A program made the position numbers and the translations under genes. A DNA stretch of 64,000 nucleotides, taken from positions 77,190,001 through 77,254,000 of the forward strand of contig OX597823.1 in assembly GCA_951406725.2 (NCBI GenBank), read 5' to 3'. This document shows, one piece after another, positions 27,716-41,039 of the stretch (positions are counted from its first letter, which is position 1; every line of letters starts with the position of its first letter). The notes beneath the pieces are model-generated. The model ran no database searches. It worked only from the letters and a program-made list of their open reading frames with translations, and had not been told where the DNA came from. This DNA comes from Octopus vulgaris (Eukaryota).

Positions 27716-28310
27716 CAGGAGTCCTCAACTATTTTGGGCCTATAGACCCTTTTCATTACTATTTTATTCTGGTGGACCCCCATAACCATTTGATGCTTAC
27801 AAACTAGCCTTATAGAAACTTCTCTCCAAATTCTTTTTTTTTTTTTTCCCCACACATTCATTTGCGTAGGTTGATCTGGGGAAAATGCTTGAAAAACAAA
27901 GCTCACAGTTTCTTGCAATAGATACTAAAAGATAAAATTTTTTTTATTAGTAAGGTGGTGAGCTGGCAGAACCGTTAGCATGCCGGGCGAAATGCTTAGC
28001 AGTATTTCGTCTGCTGTTATGTTCTGAGTTCAAATTCCGCTGAGGTCGACTCTGCCTTCCATCCTTTCGGGGTCGATAAATTTAGTACCAGTTACGCACT
28101 GGAGTCAATGTAATCGACTTAATCCCTTTGTCTGTCCTTGTAAGTCCCCTCTATGTTTAACCCTTTGTGGGCAATAAAGAAATAAAAAAATTTTCAGTGG
28201 GGTCATTAAAATACTATTGTGGATCCTCAATTTGTTAATTTGTTGTGTGGACCCCCAAAAATCTTATATGGATCCTGAGAGGCCACATGGTCCTCAGTTG
28301 AGAACCACTG
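27716..28310. mobile_element. hAT-type MITE with 8-bp TSD
   Basis: TIRs CAGGAGTCCTCAACT / AGTTGAGAACCACTG; TTTTAAAT duplicated at 27708-27715 and 28311-28318. Confidence 0.85.
27952..28185 (+). mobile_element. tRNA-derived SINE, family E
   Basis: GAGCTGGCAGAA head, GAGTTCAAATTCC B box, GAGGTCGACT.TGCCTT.CATCCTTTCGGGGTCGATAAA body; copies at 38105-38302, 49355-49687, 60792-61026. Confidence 0.85.
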
Positions 28311-28946
28311 TTTTAAATCAATCATGCATTATCTCATACATTCAAGATTTTGATGAGATGTTTGCTTACTTTTAGGCATTGTAGGGTAGGTGGGCAAAGT
28401 TGGATCTTGCATGTATGGCCATAAAACAGTTAGAATATTTAAGCAAAGCATGGCCAGTTTAACTGCTAAAATGCTAAATTTATGACTAATTGCCTCTTCA
28501 TTTTTTAAATCAATTGCATTACTTCACTTCTTCATCTTTTAGTTATATGCACTTCGAATGACAACAAGACATGATCTGGTTTTACAAGTATATGATCTTT
28601 ATCTTCATACACTTGCAGTCTTTGTTCATTATTTACTTTAGCTGTTTTAATATAACATTTATAATGCTTATTGTTGAGTTCTTTACTGTATAAGTATTTT
28701 CTCAATGCCTTTTTCTTTTCACATATTATATTTCTAATAGAAATGGTGTATTTCATTTTCAGATTTCAGAACTATTCCTGAAGAAATTAATTTTTTGTCA
28801 AACTCAACAGAATATATTTAAATAACATGATTAATATTTATGTAGCTATTTATCTCATTGACAATGAATTCAGGTGACTTATTAAAGCAGGTGTTGGGAA
28901 AATGAAGTAATTGCTTTTATGCATTGTGCCAAATATACATACACAC

Positions 28947-29003
<57 letters not shown>

Positions 29004-29329
29004 AGAGAGTGACCACTATTTCAGTATTACGTGTTAAAAGTGAAACAAAAACATTTCTCTATTTCATGTCAGATACTTTCACTTTAACAATAAAAATAAT
29101 AATAACAATTGAATTATATGTAGTAAGTAATAATTAAAATCAAACTAAAGTATAATATAATCGTATGTATAAAATTTACGTATAAAATTTATTGTATTCC
29201 TGGTTTTTATGCACTAAGCCACTTGGTGTTAAATTGATGGTACTATTAAACTAGTATCCAATTTTCTCACCCTTATTAGTTGATTATATATATAATTAGT
29301 TGATTGTATATATGTATATATATATGTGT

Positions 29330-29550
29330 GTATGTTTGTGTGTTGTGTTTATCCCCACCAACATCGCTTGACAACCGATGCTGGTGTGTTTACGTCCCCG
29401 TAACTTAGCGGTTCGGCAAAAGAGACTGATAGAATAAGTACTAGGCTTACAAAGAATAAGTCTTGGGGTCGATTTCCTCGACTAAAGGCAGTGCTCCAGC
29501 ATGGCCACAGTCAAATGACTGAAACATGTAAATGAGTAAATGAGTAAATG
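29330..29550 (+). mobile_element. Family A SINE, 3' half
   Basis: Matches the family A 3' body and tail. Confidence 0.85.
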
Positions 29551-29551
29551 A

Positions 29552-29579
<28 letters not shown>

Positions 29580-29582
<3 letters not shown>

Positions 29583-29887
29583 GTTGTTTGTTCCTTCTCT
29601 AGCCATGCCTGGCTCATAAAGGCTGGTTTCTTGGTTAAATTGGCATATAGCTTCCCCACCTGGATGTGACACCAGTCCATCATAGTTGAGCTGCTAGATG
29701 CAGGAGGAAAGAGTGAGAGAAAGTTGTAGCAAAAGATTCAGCAGAAGTTTGCCATTACCGTCTGCCAGAGCCACATGGAGCTTAGGTGTTTCGTTTATAA
29801 ACACACACATCACTCGGTCTGAGATTCGAACCCATGATCCCTCAACTGTGAGTCTGCTGCTCTAACCACTGGGCCATGTGCCTCCAC
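29580..29887 (-). mobile_element. SINE with family C head and alternative tail
   Basis: Colinear with 1580-1853. Confidence 0.75.
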
Positions 29888-30899
29888 ACACACACACACA
29901 CATATATATATACATACATACAAACACAATGACATGTGTATGTGTGTGTGTGTTTTAATATTTTGCTTAGGCATTATGGGACTAATAACCTGATGTAGAA
30001 CTCAATATACGTATACTTCAGAACAAAGTGTTAGTTGAGTATAGAGCAGTAATAAGAAAAAGATATGACAAAGGAAAAAAAACAAAGGTTATGTGATGAA
30101 CCTCATTAGCTCACAGCTGTTTCTGCTACAGCATGCAGTGGACACATAGTTCAGTGCCCAGACAATAACCTATAGCTTCATGGGAACCTTGAAGACGAAC
30201 TGCACTTTAATTGGGAATACTATATTTTCAGAACAATCTGGCATTATGAGAGGGAAGGTCTGTCGATGCCCATGGGAAATTCTGTCTGCTTTTGGACAGA
30301 ATATTCCATAGGCATCAACATAGACTTTCTCACTAGAATTGCCTGAAAATGTAATTTTTCTAAATAAAGTGCATCTTATCTTCAAGGCTCTGATGAAACA
30401 ACTGAATATTATCTGGGCACTCAACCAAGAGTCCACTGCATCTTATAGCAGAAATAGCTAAAGATATGTGTGTGTGTGTGCATATGTATGTATGTATACA
30501 TATGTATGTATCTATATGTATATATGCAGAGTGCTGTGAATATATTGTCATCTAAATTATACAAAAATGAAAATTTTTTGAGCTTCTCATTTTAACAGAT
30601 ATATTTACCAAAGTTACATAAAAAATATCTTGAAATACTAAAGGGTAAATTACGGAGATGTACTTGCATAGCAAGTGACCTGATCTGAGATCGTGTGCTG
30701 GAACAAAACAATTGCAGCATTGAAGTTGTTTATAAGCCATTTAAGAAACACACAAAAACTGTTAGATTCACAACAACATTTAAATGTTGAAGTGAATCTA
30801 ACGGTTTTTGTGTTTCTTAAAGAGTAAATTTATTCAATAAAATCACTATTGGCTGAAGCCAATGGCGATTTTATCTCCTACTACTCTTCTGGACTGTCT

Positions 30900-31020
30900 C
30901 CTCTTTCAAGTTGGTGAATGCTGCCATAATCCTTGCCTTCAGTTCATCTTTCATGTTACAAGTATTGGTCGTCTCTCACCCAACTGTGCTCCACACTTAA
31001 TAATCAAGAGGGTTGCAGAT
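30900..31020 (-). pseudogene. Tc1/mariner transposase C-terminal fragment
   Basis: Minus strand CNPLDY*VWSTV...KDELKARIMAAFTNL, resembling the SPDLNPLDY.VW motif region. Confidence 0.6.
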
Positions 31021-31122
31021 GTTCTTTTTGCATTATCTGAAATGGAATACCCACAAATCTATTGATTGAAATCCCAATAACTGAACTATATATATACATA
31101 CATGCATACATACATATATATA

Positions 31123-31156
<34 letters not shown>

Positions 31157-31157
<1 letters not shown>

Positions 31158-32170
31158 TAGCATTATGACCCGTAGTTGCCGGGTCATAGTGCTAGTGCAT
31201 GTATATATGTGTATGTATATGTGTACATATTACATGTACATCTATATATATACATCTACACATAAAATACAAAATACAAAGTTATATCTTGATATCGCTA
31301 GTGATAACAATACCCAAATTATATAACAGACTGGAATTGCAAGCCCGTCTCTTGCAATTTCGATCAATTGTATTTTGTCCTCCCTCTTGTATAGAAGTGT
31401 GGCTACAATCCAGCCTACCTCTACTTCTGGGGGGGGGTGTTGGCATTTTAAATTTTTATTCAGGATGTCCTACGTCCCAGATATAAAGGTAAAAATAAAA
31501 TATTTCCACTTTGCAAGTTCGAGTCGAGTACTCCCTTGCACGCTCCGTTGACTCGAACCTTGCTTCTATTGTGGCGAATTTACTGCCTCTGGTTAGATAT
31601 CTTTTATAGTCGCACCAAGACACTTTTCGATAGTGCTTTCCTCCAGGTGTTCAAATCATTTTTCTCTTTTATAGACAATAGTCTTTCTTTAATTTAATTT
31701 TTTATTATCCATCTGGACTATTCCATTTCTGCAGGCTAATTTTATTTCTAATTTATTCCCATTCATGTGAAACCACTTATTCAAGTTCAAGTCATTGATG
31801 CAATTTTATACCAATTGCTACTTTTACTTTTGTTATGTTACGATTATAGTATACTTTAGTTTGATTTTAATTATTACTTACTACATATAATTCAATTGTT
31901 ATTATTATTTTTATTGTTAAAGTGAAAGTATCTGACATAAAATAAAGAAATGTTTTTGTTTCACTTTTAACAGGTAATACTGAAATAGTGGAGAAGATAT
32001 GATATTGCTATGGGCTCGCTCTAGGCAAGAAGTTGAACATTTTTTTGCCCATGAAACTACATGGACTCTAAGTAAGGCATGTGTAAAATTTGAATGAAAT
32101 TGGTTGTGTAGTTCTCAAGTTTTAGGGAAACACACAGACAGACAGACACATTCTCAGTTTTATATATATA
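31157..32170 (-). mobile_element. Non-autonomous Helitron
   Basis: Minus strand starts TCTATATATATAAAACTGAGAATGTGTCTG and ends in hairpin GACCCGGCAACTACGGGTC plus CTAG. Confidence 0.7.
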
Positions 32171-32242
32171 GATATATATATATATATACTCTTTTACTCT
32201 TTTACTTGTTTCAATCATTTGACTGCGATATATATACATACA

Positions 32243-32326
<84 letters not shown>

Positions 32327-32715
32327 CATACATATATATATACATATATATATATATATGTACATATATATATGCACACACACACATATATATATTTGTA
32401 TATACATATATACATAATATAACATATATACATAATATAACATATATATTTATATATATATATATATACAATGAGAGTTTATGAAAAAACAATAGACGAA
32501 GACAGGTGTGTAAACAACAAACAGATGTATTAATTTCATGCTTGGGAAGTGAGAAAGCTTTTTAGGTTTCGAGCCTGTGCTCGACAGAAAAGAACACAGG
32601 AATAAGCAGGGAGAGAAGATAGTGAAAAGTTTAAGGGATAGTGATCTACATACATATATGTATGTATATATATATATATCTATATATCTATACATATATA
32701 TATATATATAAAAAT

Positions 32716-33303
32716 TCATAATTCATAGCTATATAATGCTATTGTGCCTGCGATTCACCTATATCACTGCTGTTGATATCATCAATTTTAAAATTTATCT
32801 ACCGATGATATGAACAGTAGTGACATCTGATTTCAAATCTCAGTGTTTGAATGTTTTGCTAAATTTTTATTCACCACGTGCTCTGTTTTTGGCACAAAAC
32901 AAAACCAGTTCCACTGTCAGAGTTTAACATGACGGTTATGAATTATTACTCAGTAGGCCACTCTGATGAGGCTCATGGTTTAAATACTCAGAAGCCGAAA
33001 CCTGGTTTGTGGATATCCCTAATGTTTTAATTCTTTCTGTCTTCCTTGCAAACAGTTTTTCTCTTTTATCTTGGTGCAGTATGGTGGATTAATTCAAGAC
33101 TTTAACTCTTATTTCTAGCAGGTATATTCTTGTTAAGCATCATTACTCTTTGTGCAAATTTATAATTCATAGCTATGTAATGCGATTGCCCCTGCGATTC
33201 ACCTATATCACTGCTGGTAATATCATCAATTTTAAATTTCTCCACCGATGATATGAAGAGTAATGACATCTGATTTCAAATCTCAGTGTTTTAATGTTTT
33301 GCT
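32716..33303. repeat. ~145-bp direct repeats (32716-32860, 33162-33303) flanking a hammerhead-like motif
   Basis: Near-identical ATAATTCATAGCTAT...AATGTTTTGCT blocks. Confidence 0.85.
32958..33012 (+). ncRNA. Putative minimal hammerhead ribozyme
   Basis: ccact CTGATGA ggct...agcc GAAA cctgg TT tgtgg. Confidence 0.55.
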
Positions 33304-33334
33304 TATAATAATGTTTTGAACATTTAATGTGGTT

Positions 33335-33990
33335 TTCTAGCATGGTGATATCATTTAAATACCATTAATTATAATTTTAATAATAATTATTACCTTTGAG
33401 GTTTTTATTCCCATGCTGGCCACCTGATAAGATTGGTATTTTAAATAACGTTCTTATTCTTATTTGTGTAAATTTATATATTTATTTCATCATTATATTC
33501 ACTGTGGGAGTATTTTATTTTTACTATAGTATTTTTACTATATCGCTCGAGGAGTTTTAGGTGGGCAATTTAAACTGGTCATGTGCATACATGCCTATAT
33601 GTGTATGTATACGTTCGTATATGTAAGTATTCATATGTTATGTGTGTATATATATATGTATGTATGTATTTATGTGCTATCTGCATATATTCCACTTATG
33701 AAAGCAAAGCATTTCTTACACAGAGTCAGAAATCCAGGATCTGGAATTATCCAGTAATTTTTTTTGTTTTTTGCTAGTTTATTTTGTCTCTTTGTCTTCT
33801 CTCCTGGTGCTGTATGATCATTTAATGTGGTTTTAGAGTCAAGTTTTGGCTGCTATTTCTGACATGGTGGTATCTCTTAGATACCCTTAATTATAATTTT
33901 AATAATAATTACTACCTTTGAGGTTTTTATTCCCATGCTGGCCACCTGATAAGATCAGTATTTTAATTAACCTTCTTATCCTTATTTATA
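33335..33990. repeat. ~130-bp direct repeat pair (33335-33468, 33855-33990)
   Basis: Shared TTAATTATAATTTTAATAATAATTA.TACCTTTGAGG...GGCCACCTGATAAGAT. Confidence 0.8.
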
Positions 33991-34466
33991 TAAAAATATA
34001 TATATATGCATATATGGATACAGGACGTCACCAATAGATATATAACAGCAGAAAGAATACAAAACACCACATGAGAGCCATCACTTCTCTGTTGTATCAA
34101 GTTGATTCCTTTACTGGAGATGTCATCACTGCTACAGATGAAGACAAAGTCTTGTAGCTTACAAATGAGCCACCTATCAGTGAGGATTTCTGAACAAGAA
34201 CAGTCAACTGATAAAAGATATATATATATATATGTATGTATGTACAGAATATGATGGTTTAGCTCACTGGTGATCTAAATGAAAAGGTACGCTGGGTAAG
34301 TGCTGTAACAGGTTATCAGAGCTCCAAGCTTGTAACCGAGACAGAAGCTATGGAACCATTTTAGGTTTCCGATATACCTGATATATATTTGTGAAAGAGG
34401 ACAACAAATGCCAAAACATAACAAGCATCTCAAGTCATATACATTATTATTCTTGAATTAGTTAAG

Positions 34467-34542
34467 GTCTTACAGCTGTTTCTGGGATATCTCAACTGAT
34501 AGGCGAGTATGCCTGCATATGGGGTATTCCATCATCAGAGAC
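34467..34542 (-). ncRNA. Putative minimal type I hammerhead ribozyme with intact core
   Basis: gtct CTGATGA tggaata...tatccca GAAA cagctg TA agac; GUA cleavage triplet. Confidence 0.72.
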
Positions 34543-35042
34543 AAATAGAGAAAATATGAAGGATCTAGACATGGAAATAATCAGATAAGAGATCTAGACA
34601 TGGGAAATTCACAGATAATAAGTGTAGAGAGTAAAGAAATAAGGTTCACTGTAGTAGTAGTAGTAGGAGAGAGAGAGAGAGAAGAAGAAGAAGAGAAGGA
34701 GAGAGAGAGAGAGAGGGTGAAAGGGAAAGAAAGAAAGGAATAGATGTTGGATGGAATAGACATTGGGTGGAAATATGAAAAATACTTACTGTAAACAAAA
34801 TAAAATAAAAGTATGTAGTATTTCATTAAATAAGTTAAAAACTTACAATAAATGCACAGATAGAAAACAGATGCAGAAGGTCACCAAACCCTCTCTCTCT
34901 CTCCCCTCTCTCTCTCTCTCCCCCTTTTTCCTCTTTGCACTTCTGTGCTGCTATCTGTTCCTGTTTTTTGCCATCCTTTCAGTTCTCTGTGTCGCTCTCT
35001 CTCTCTACCCTACTACTATTTTTCTCCCTCCTACTACTGACA

Positions 35043-35197
35043 GGCGCATGGCTCAGTGGTTAGAGCGTCGAGCTTACGATCGTGAGGTTGTGAGCTCGAA
35101 TCCCGGACCGGGCTGCGTGTTGTGTTCTTGAGCAAGGGGGTAACTTTCTAGGTGCAATCCCATGGTCATTCATGACCGAAGGGGGTCTTTACCCCTT
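35043..35197 (+). mobile_element. Internally deleted family D SINE with TSD
   Basis: Head fused directly to tail; TACTACTGACA duplicated at 35032-35042 and 35198-35208. Confidence 0.8.
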
Positions 35198-35402
35198 TAC
35201 TACTGACAAGTGACCTGTGGTCATCATCATCCCGTATTTTCTCTCCCTTCCTTTTCATGCCAATCCCTGAAATGGGCTGGTCGTATTTTCTCTTGTCTTA
35301 CACTTTCAACATGTTTCACTGTCTCTCTGTTGTCCTGTTTCTAATCCTTCCTCCTCCTGACATTAACCATATTTTTGTCTCCTCTCTAGCCCTAAGGCAG
35401 TA

Positions 35403-35815
35403 TTCTCTTTACTCTTTTACTTGTTTCAGTCATTTGACTGTGGCCATGCTCGAGCACTGCCGTTAAGTCGAGCAAATCGACCCCAGGACTTATCTTTGTA
35501 AGCCTAGTACTTATTCTATCATTCTCTTTTGCCGAACCGCTAAGTTACAGGGACGTAAACACACCAGCATCGGTTGTCAAGTGATGTTGGAGGGACAAAC
35601 ACAGACACACAAACATATACGCACACATATACATATATATACATATATACGATGGGCTTCTTTCAGTTTCTGTCTACCAAATCCACTCACCAGGCTTTAG
35701 TCAGCCTGAGACTATAGTAGAAGACACTTGCCCAAGATGCCACACAGTGGGACTGAACCCGGAACCATGTGGCTGGTAAGTAAGCTACTTACCACACAGC
35801 CACTCCTATGCCTAT
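35403..35815 (-). mobile_element. Family A SINE, full length
   Basis: Full-length match to family A. Confidence 0.9.
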
Positions 35816-36184
35816 CTGTTTATTTATTCAATTTGTTTTATTCTGTTTATTTCAATTTGTTTGTATGCCCACATTTCATCTTGTTTGTCTTTACCCTCAT
35901 CTGTCCCCTAATGGTCTCGTTTTGAATCACATTTATTTTATGTTTGTATGTTCACTTTCTGTATTGCATATTTGTTTATTTCTTGTTTGTTCACTCTCTC
36001 TCATGTTTGGTCCCTTGTTCGTTGGCTCACCGTTTCCAGGTGGCTTCTTGCTATCAGTGTCACTAGAGGGGATCAATATTATCGTGGAAGGTGTGAAATT
36101 GCGTTTGACCCTCTAGGCAATAAGTTATGAGAATTTGGTGACCTTCCGCGTCTGCTTTCCATTTGTTTGGGCATTTATTACATA

Positions 36185-36807
36185 AGGAAAGGTATGCATA
36201 AGTGGGATGGTTACACCCCTGGCATAAGCCACGAGCGAGACCATAACCCGTGGCCTATGCCAGGGGTGTAACCAGCCCACTTATGTGTACCTTTCCTTCA
36301 GTGGACACTAAGCTCTGCTTCTGAAGACCTGTTGAGGCAAGTGAAATTCGAAATCAAATCAAATTCGTAAATTCAATGTCTAGCACCCGTGCCAGTAGAC
36401 CGTAAGAGCACCATCCGAGCATGATCGCTGCCAGAGCAGCTGACTGGCTTCCATGCTGGTGGCATGTAAAAAAGCACCATTCAAACATGATCAGTACCAG
36501 TGTCGCTCTACTGGCACATGAAAAACATTCGAGTGAGATTGTTGCCAGTGCTGCTTGACTGGCTCCTGTGCAGATGGCATGTAAAAAAACACCATTTGAG
36601 TGTGACCATTGCCAGTACTGACTGACTGGTGCTCGTGCCGGTGGTACATAAAAGCACCCACTACACTCTCAGAGTGGTTGGCATTAGGAAGGGCATCCAG
36701 CTGTAGAAAGTCTGCCAGATCAGATTGGATCCTGGTGCAGCCATCTGGTTCGCCAGTCCTCAGTCAAATCGTCCAACCCATGCCAGCATGGAAAGTGGAC
36801 GTTAAAC

Positions 36808-36845
<38 letters not shown>
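36185..36845 (+). mobile_element. RTE 3'UTR copy with 5' fold-back inversion
   Basis: 36235-36845 is colinear with 8960-9577; 36185-36234 is an inverted copy of 36249-36298. Confidence 0.85.
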
Positions 36846-36849
<4 letters not shown>

Positions 36850-37120
36850 TAAACTTAACCTATATCTATATCTACATATCTCTTTTTCTCACTATATATA
36901 TATATATATGTATGTGTAAAAGAGAGAGAAGTCATGCTTCTTCTTTCATATTTGAACATACTTCTAATCTATTGCTGGTCTGATATATATATTTAAAGAT
37001 ATAGAGAAGAGCAGTTAAAAAAAGTTTGGCTTTTTTAACTGCTCTTCTTCCCCTCTATATCTTTATATATGGGTATATGTATATATGTGTGTGTGCATAT
37101 ATATATATAAATATTTGTGC

Positions 37121-37151
<31 letters not shown>

Positions 37152-38104
37152 CCAAATAAAAGACGGAAGATGGAATAGACAAGAATTTATTAATCACAAC
37201 AATTGTTTCAATGCATCTAGTTTGGTAATGAGAGGAAATATACTTGTACAAGTAATGCTTTAATTCTTTTGTATGGTATCGATTTTATTTCTCAACTAAG
37301 GATATAAATTATTACCACCAAATTATTTCGAAATTATTTATAATTATTCATTGTATCTTTTAACTGAGTCATTCTTCAATTAATGTGATTTAAGTTGACT
37401 GTCTTCAATTAATGTGGATGTTATTACTTCATACATGTATGTATATCAATGCTGTATGTTTAATACTATCAGAGAAAGTGGCATGCAATTGGTCCTAATA
37501 AAGACAGCAAAACACGAAACCATTTGTTGCTGTGCAAGGAATATGCTAGAAGGATATAAATGCAATTTTCCACTATCTGAATTCCAATAATAAAAAATAT
37601 GCTTACAAAATTTAGCTACTACTGTAATTCTATATTCAAGATCAATGTTAATAAGTTTTGTCATATAAAATACTAAAAAACAATTATCGTAAACAATAGC
37701 TGATATTGTTATGTCGACAGCCCCAGACTCCAGTTTGATTATAATCTTTGTTTCTGAGTGTATGTTATTAGATTAGAAAACAAATTACGATAAGATTGTA
37801 TCATGTTATTACAAGAACGGAGTTATATATGAAGAAAATAAATTTCAGTTAATTAATCTTGAATGGAATTTATGCATTCAACGTCTCACATAAAAACAAA
37901 CATGGATAATATGGATAATGTGGTGTTAGAATGTTGCATACCATTATTCCTAATATTTGTTACCATTGTATAAGCATACTATCCTTCTATATCATTGGAT
38001 AATTGTAGTCAGGTGTAGAAAAACTGTAGAACAACTAGCATGAAATGTTGTAGCAGTGGACAGAAAAATTACTTTCTCATTGGGATCTATGATTATTCTT
38101 GTCT

Positions 38105-38302
38105 ACTCTAGGTCTGAAATTTTGGAGGAGAGGGCTAGTCAATTAGATCGACCCAGTACGCAGCTGATACTTAATTTATCGACCCCCGAAAGTATGAAAA
38201 GCAAAGTCGACCTCCACAGTATTTGAACTCAGAATGTAAAGACAGATGAAATACTGCTAAGTATTTTACCCAGCATGCTAACGTTTCTACCAGCTTACTG
38301 CC
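38105..38302 (-). mobile_element. Family E SINE
   Basis: Reverse-complement match to the head and body of 27952-28185. Confidence 0.8.
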
Positions 38303-38480
38303 TTTGGATCTATGATTATTGCATGAGCTTAATATCTATAATAAATTTGTTATCTTCGAGTATTGGGCACTGTTCAATATCTAAACCAAGTATGTGCTGT
38401 GTGTGTATTTATACATCGATAAATATGAGCATCTATATATGTATGTATGCATATATACATACATACATATATATATATAG

Positions 38481-38815
38481 CATCATCATTATCATCATCA
38501 TCGTTTAATGTCCGTTTTCCATGCTGGTATGGGTTGCACTGCTTGACTGAAACTGGTAAGCCGGAGAGCTGCCCCAGGCTTCAGTCTGTTTTGGTTTGGT
38601 TTCTATGGCTGGATGCCCTTCCTAATGCCAACCACTCCACAGAGTGTACAAGGTGCCTTTTATGTGCCACCAGCACTGACCCCAACTACAACTTCACTTA
38701 ATTTGACATATCTTCTCAAGCACAGTAAATTATCGAAAAGTCTTGGTCACTTTTCATCACCTCCATGAGATTCAACATCTGAAGATTAAATTTCACCACC
38801 TCATTCCAAGTCTTC
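38481..38815 (-). mobile_element. RTE 3' end copy, decayed
   Basis: (TCA)n, CTGGATGCCCTTCCTAATGCCAACCACTCC and a remnant of the ORF end. Confidence 0.75.
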
Positions 38816-38948
38816 CTTATATATATGAGTAAACTTATATATATGAGTAAACATCATTTTTGCCTGTACTTTTCCATTCTTGCATGTGTCAAATGGACTT
38901 CAATAAGCAGATTTTCAATGTTTAGATATCCTTCCTGTCACCAGTTTT

Positions 38949-38994
<46 letters not shown>

Positions 38995-38998
<4 letters not shown>

Positions 38999-40277
38999 TG
39001 GCAAGTCAAAAATTATACGCACTCCTGTTTCTGTACTTTATTAAAACAAAACCATAGGTTGAACAATTACATCAGATTTTGAGATAGTTGTCTTGCTTTT
39101 CAATGCACTACTTCCAGCAGTCCACATGCTTGCTTATTCCATTGGTGAAAGTTTTTGACTGGTCATGCAGCCATTTATATGCAACTTCCTGCAATCCTTC
39201 ATCCATAGCAAACTGAGGACTTCCTAAAGAGTGCATGAGCAAGCCAGAGAGAAGATAGTCAGAAGAGGTAAGATCTGGACTTTGTCTGTTGAATATTCAA
39301 GCAACTCAAAACCCAATTGCTCAATGGCCTCGTTCATGTTGGTAGCTGTATGTGGGTATGCATTGCCATGCAACAATGACACTTCCTTTGACAATATACC
39401 TCAGCATTTGGTGTGAATTACTGATCTCAGTTTGTTGGCCAGCATTTCACTGTAGCTAATACTGGACACTGTAAACCCCTTTTCCAGGTAGCGTTCCAGT
39501 ATATGCCCTTTTGCTTAGTATTACTTTTCCTGCAAAGGTTCTCTTGTATTTCTTTTTTAATGGTGATTCTGGATGTTTCCATTGCATACTCTGCCTTTTG
39601 ATTCTGGTTCAAAGATTTGGGCCCAGATCTCATCTGTTGTGATTATTCTTTCTAGAAAATCTTCACCTTCATCTTTGTAGAAGTCAAGTAAGAGGCGACA
39701 GGTTTCCACATGATTAAGCTTAAGCACTTCAGTAAGCTCTATTAGCACAGACCTCATGGATTTGAAGATTATTGTGGATTATTTTGTATGAAGAACTATG
39801 ACTAACTTGCAGAGAACATGCCACCTCTTTGACATTGACTTGTTAATTCACCAGAACCAGCTCTCAAGCTTGTTGAATCTTCATGTCAGTGGTGATGTTG
39901 ATTGGTGCCTTGTTTCTTCTTTATGCTTTATGCTTGTCCAGCCATTTAAAAACTTTTTGATCATCTCATATACACTTCTATGTGGTAGAGCACAGTCCCT
40001 GTATTGTACTGAAAGCCTGGGATGAATTTCAGCCTTTGACATACATTAATCATAGAGAAATCAAATTAGTGATCTCCGTTCTTTTTTGGTGCTCACTTCC
40101 AGCTGAGTGGCTATGTTTATTCTGTAAGACAAGACCAAGAACTGGAGTGGCCAAAGTCAAACCTTGGTTATGTAATCACAAGAGAACCACCTTTTAGAAT
40201 GAGAGTACTAAAAGCAGTGTATCCAATCCAAAGGAAGTTTTGATGAAAGTGCAATTAATTTTTGCCTTCTCCTTGTA
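38995..40277 (-). mobile_element. Mariner DNA transposon fossil (~1.28 kb)
   Basis: Degenerate TIRs (..AAGTCAAAAATTATACGCACT / AGTGCAATTAATTTTTGCCTT..); transposase remnants EGEDFLERIITTDEIW; many stops. Confidence 0.8.
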
Positions 40278-41039
40278 TATATATATATATATGTGTGTGC
40301 GTGTACAACATTGCACTGTGCTTTACAAGTACTATGTAGTGATGTATTAAACTCACAAATCAACGTAATCTACATGGCTAGAGGCAAAGTAATGGTTGCA
40401 GCTGCGTAAGAATATATTAAGAAAAATAACTAATAAACAACACCAATGAAATATTAATATAGTCATTCCTACAGTTATTTCAATATTGCATATTTTGCTG
40501 CACCTAGGCAGTGCACGCATTGTTTCTTCAAGGAGAGTCATACTGTCTGTGCCCATAGAAGAACTTGGTCATTTAATATTTGTTTTTTTCCATGCTAGCA
40601 CAGGCTTAACAGTGATCTATTACAGAAGCGTCAATTATACAGGCAGATGCTCTCCCTGTTGCTAACCCTCAACTGTTTTTAAAGTTAGGGATTTGTATTC
40701 TAGTGCTGAGCTACAGAGTGATGTGTTGACTGGGAATTGTTAACATAATGTTTCTGCATTTCCACAATCAAATTCATGTGAAGATATCACAGAATGTAAA
40801 CATTCAAAGAAATACAAATTTACAGCCCACACGTGTGTGTTCCAGGAGAATAATAATAATAATAACAACAACAACAACAACAATAGTGTTAAACATATGG
40901 AATTCAAAAAGGTGCCCAAGGTTGTTGATGGAACGATGGGGGATAATCTTGTGGGTGTCTCCTAAGCGAGTTGCCAGACGTCTGAGCTTCAATGTGTTCA
41001 TGCCCAGGGAAGCAAGACATTCAGAGTATGGTTGATGCC

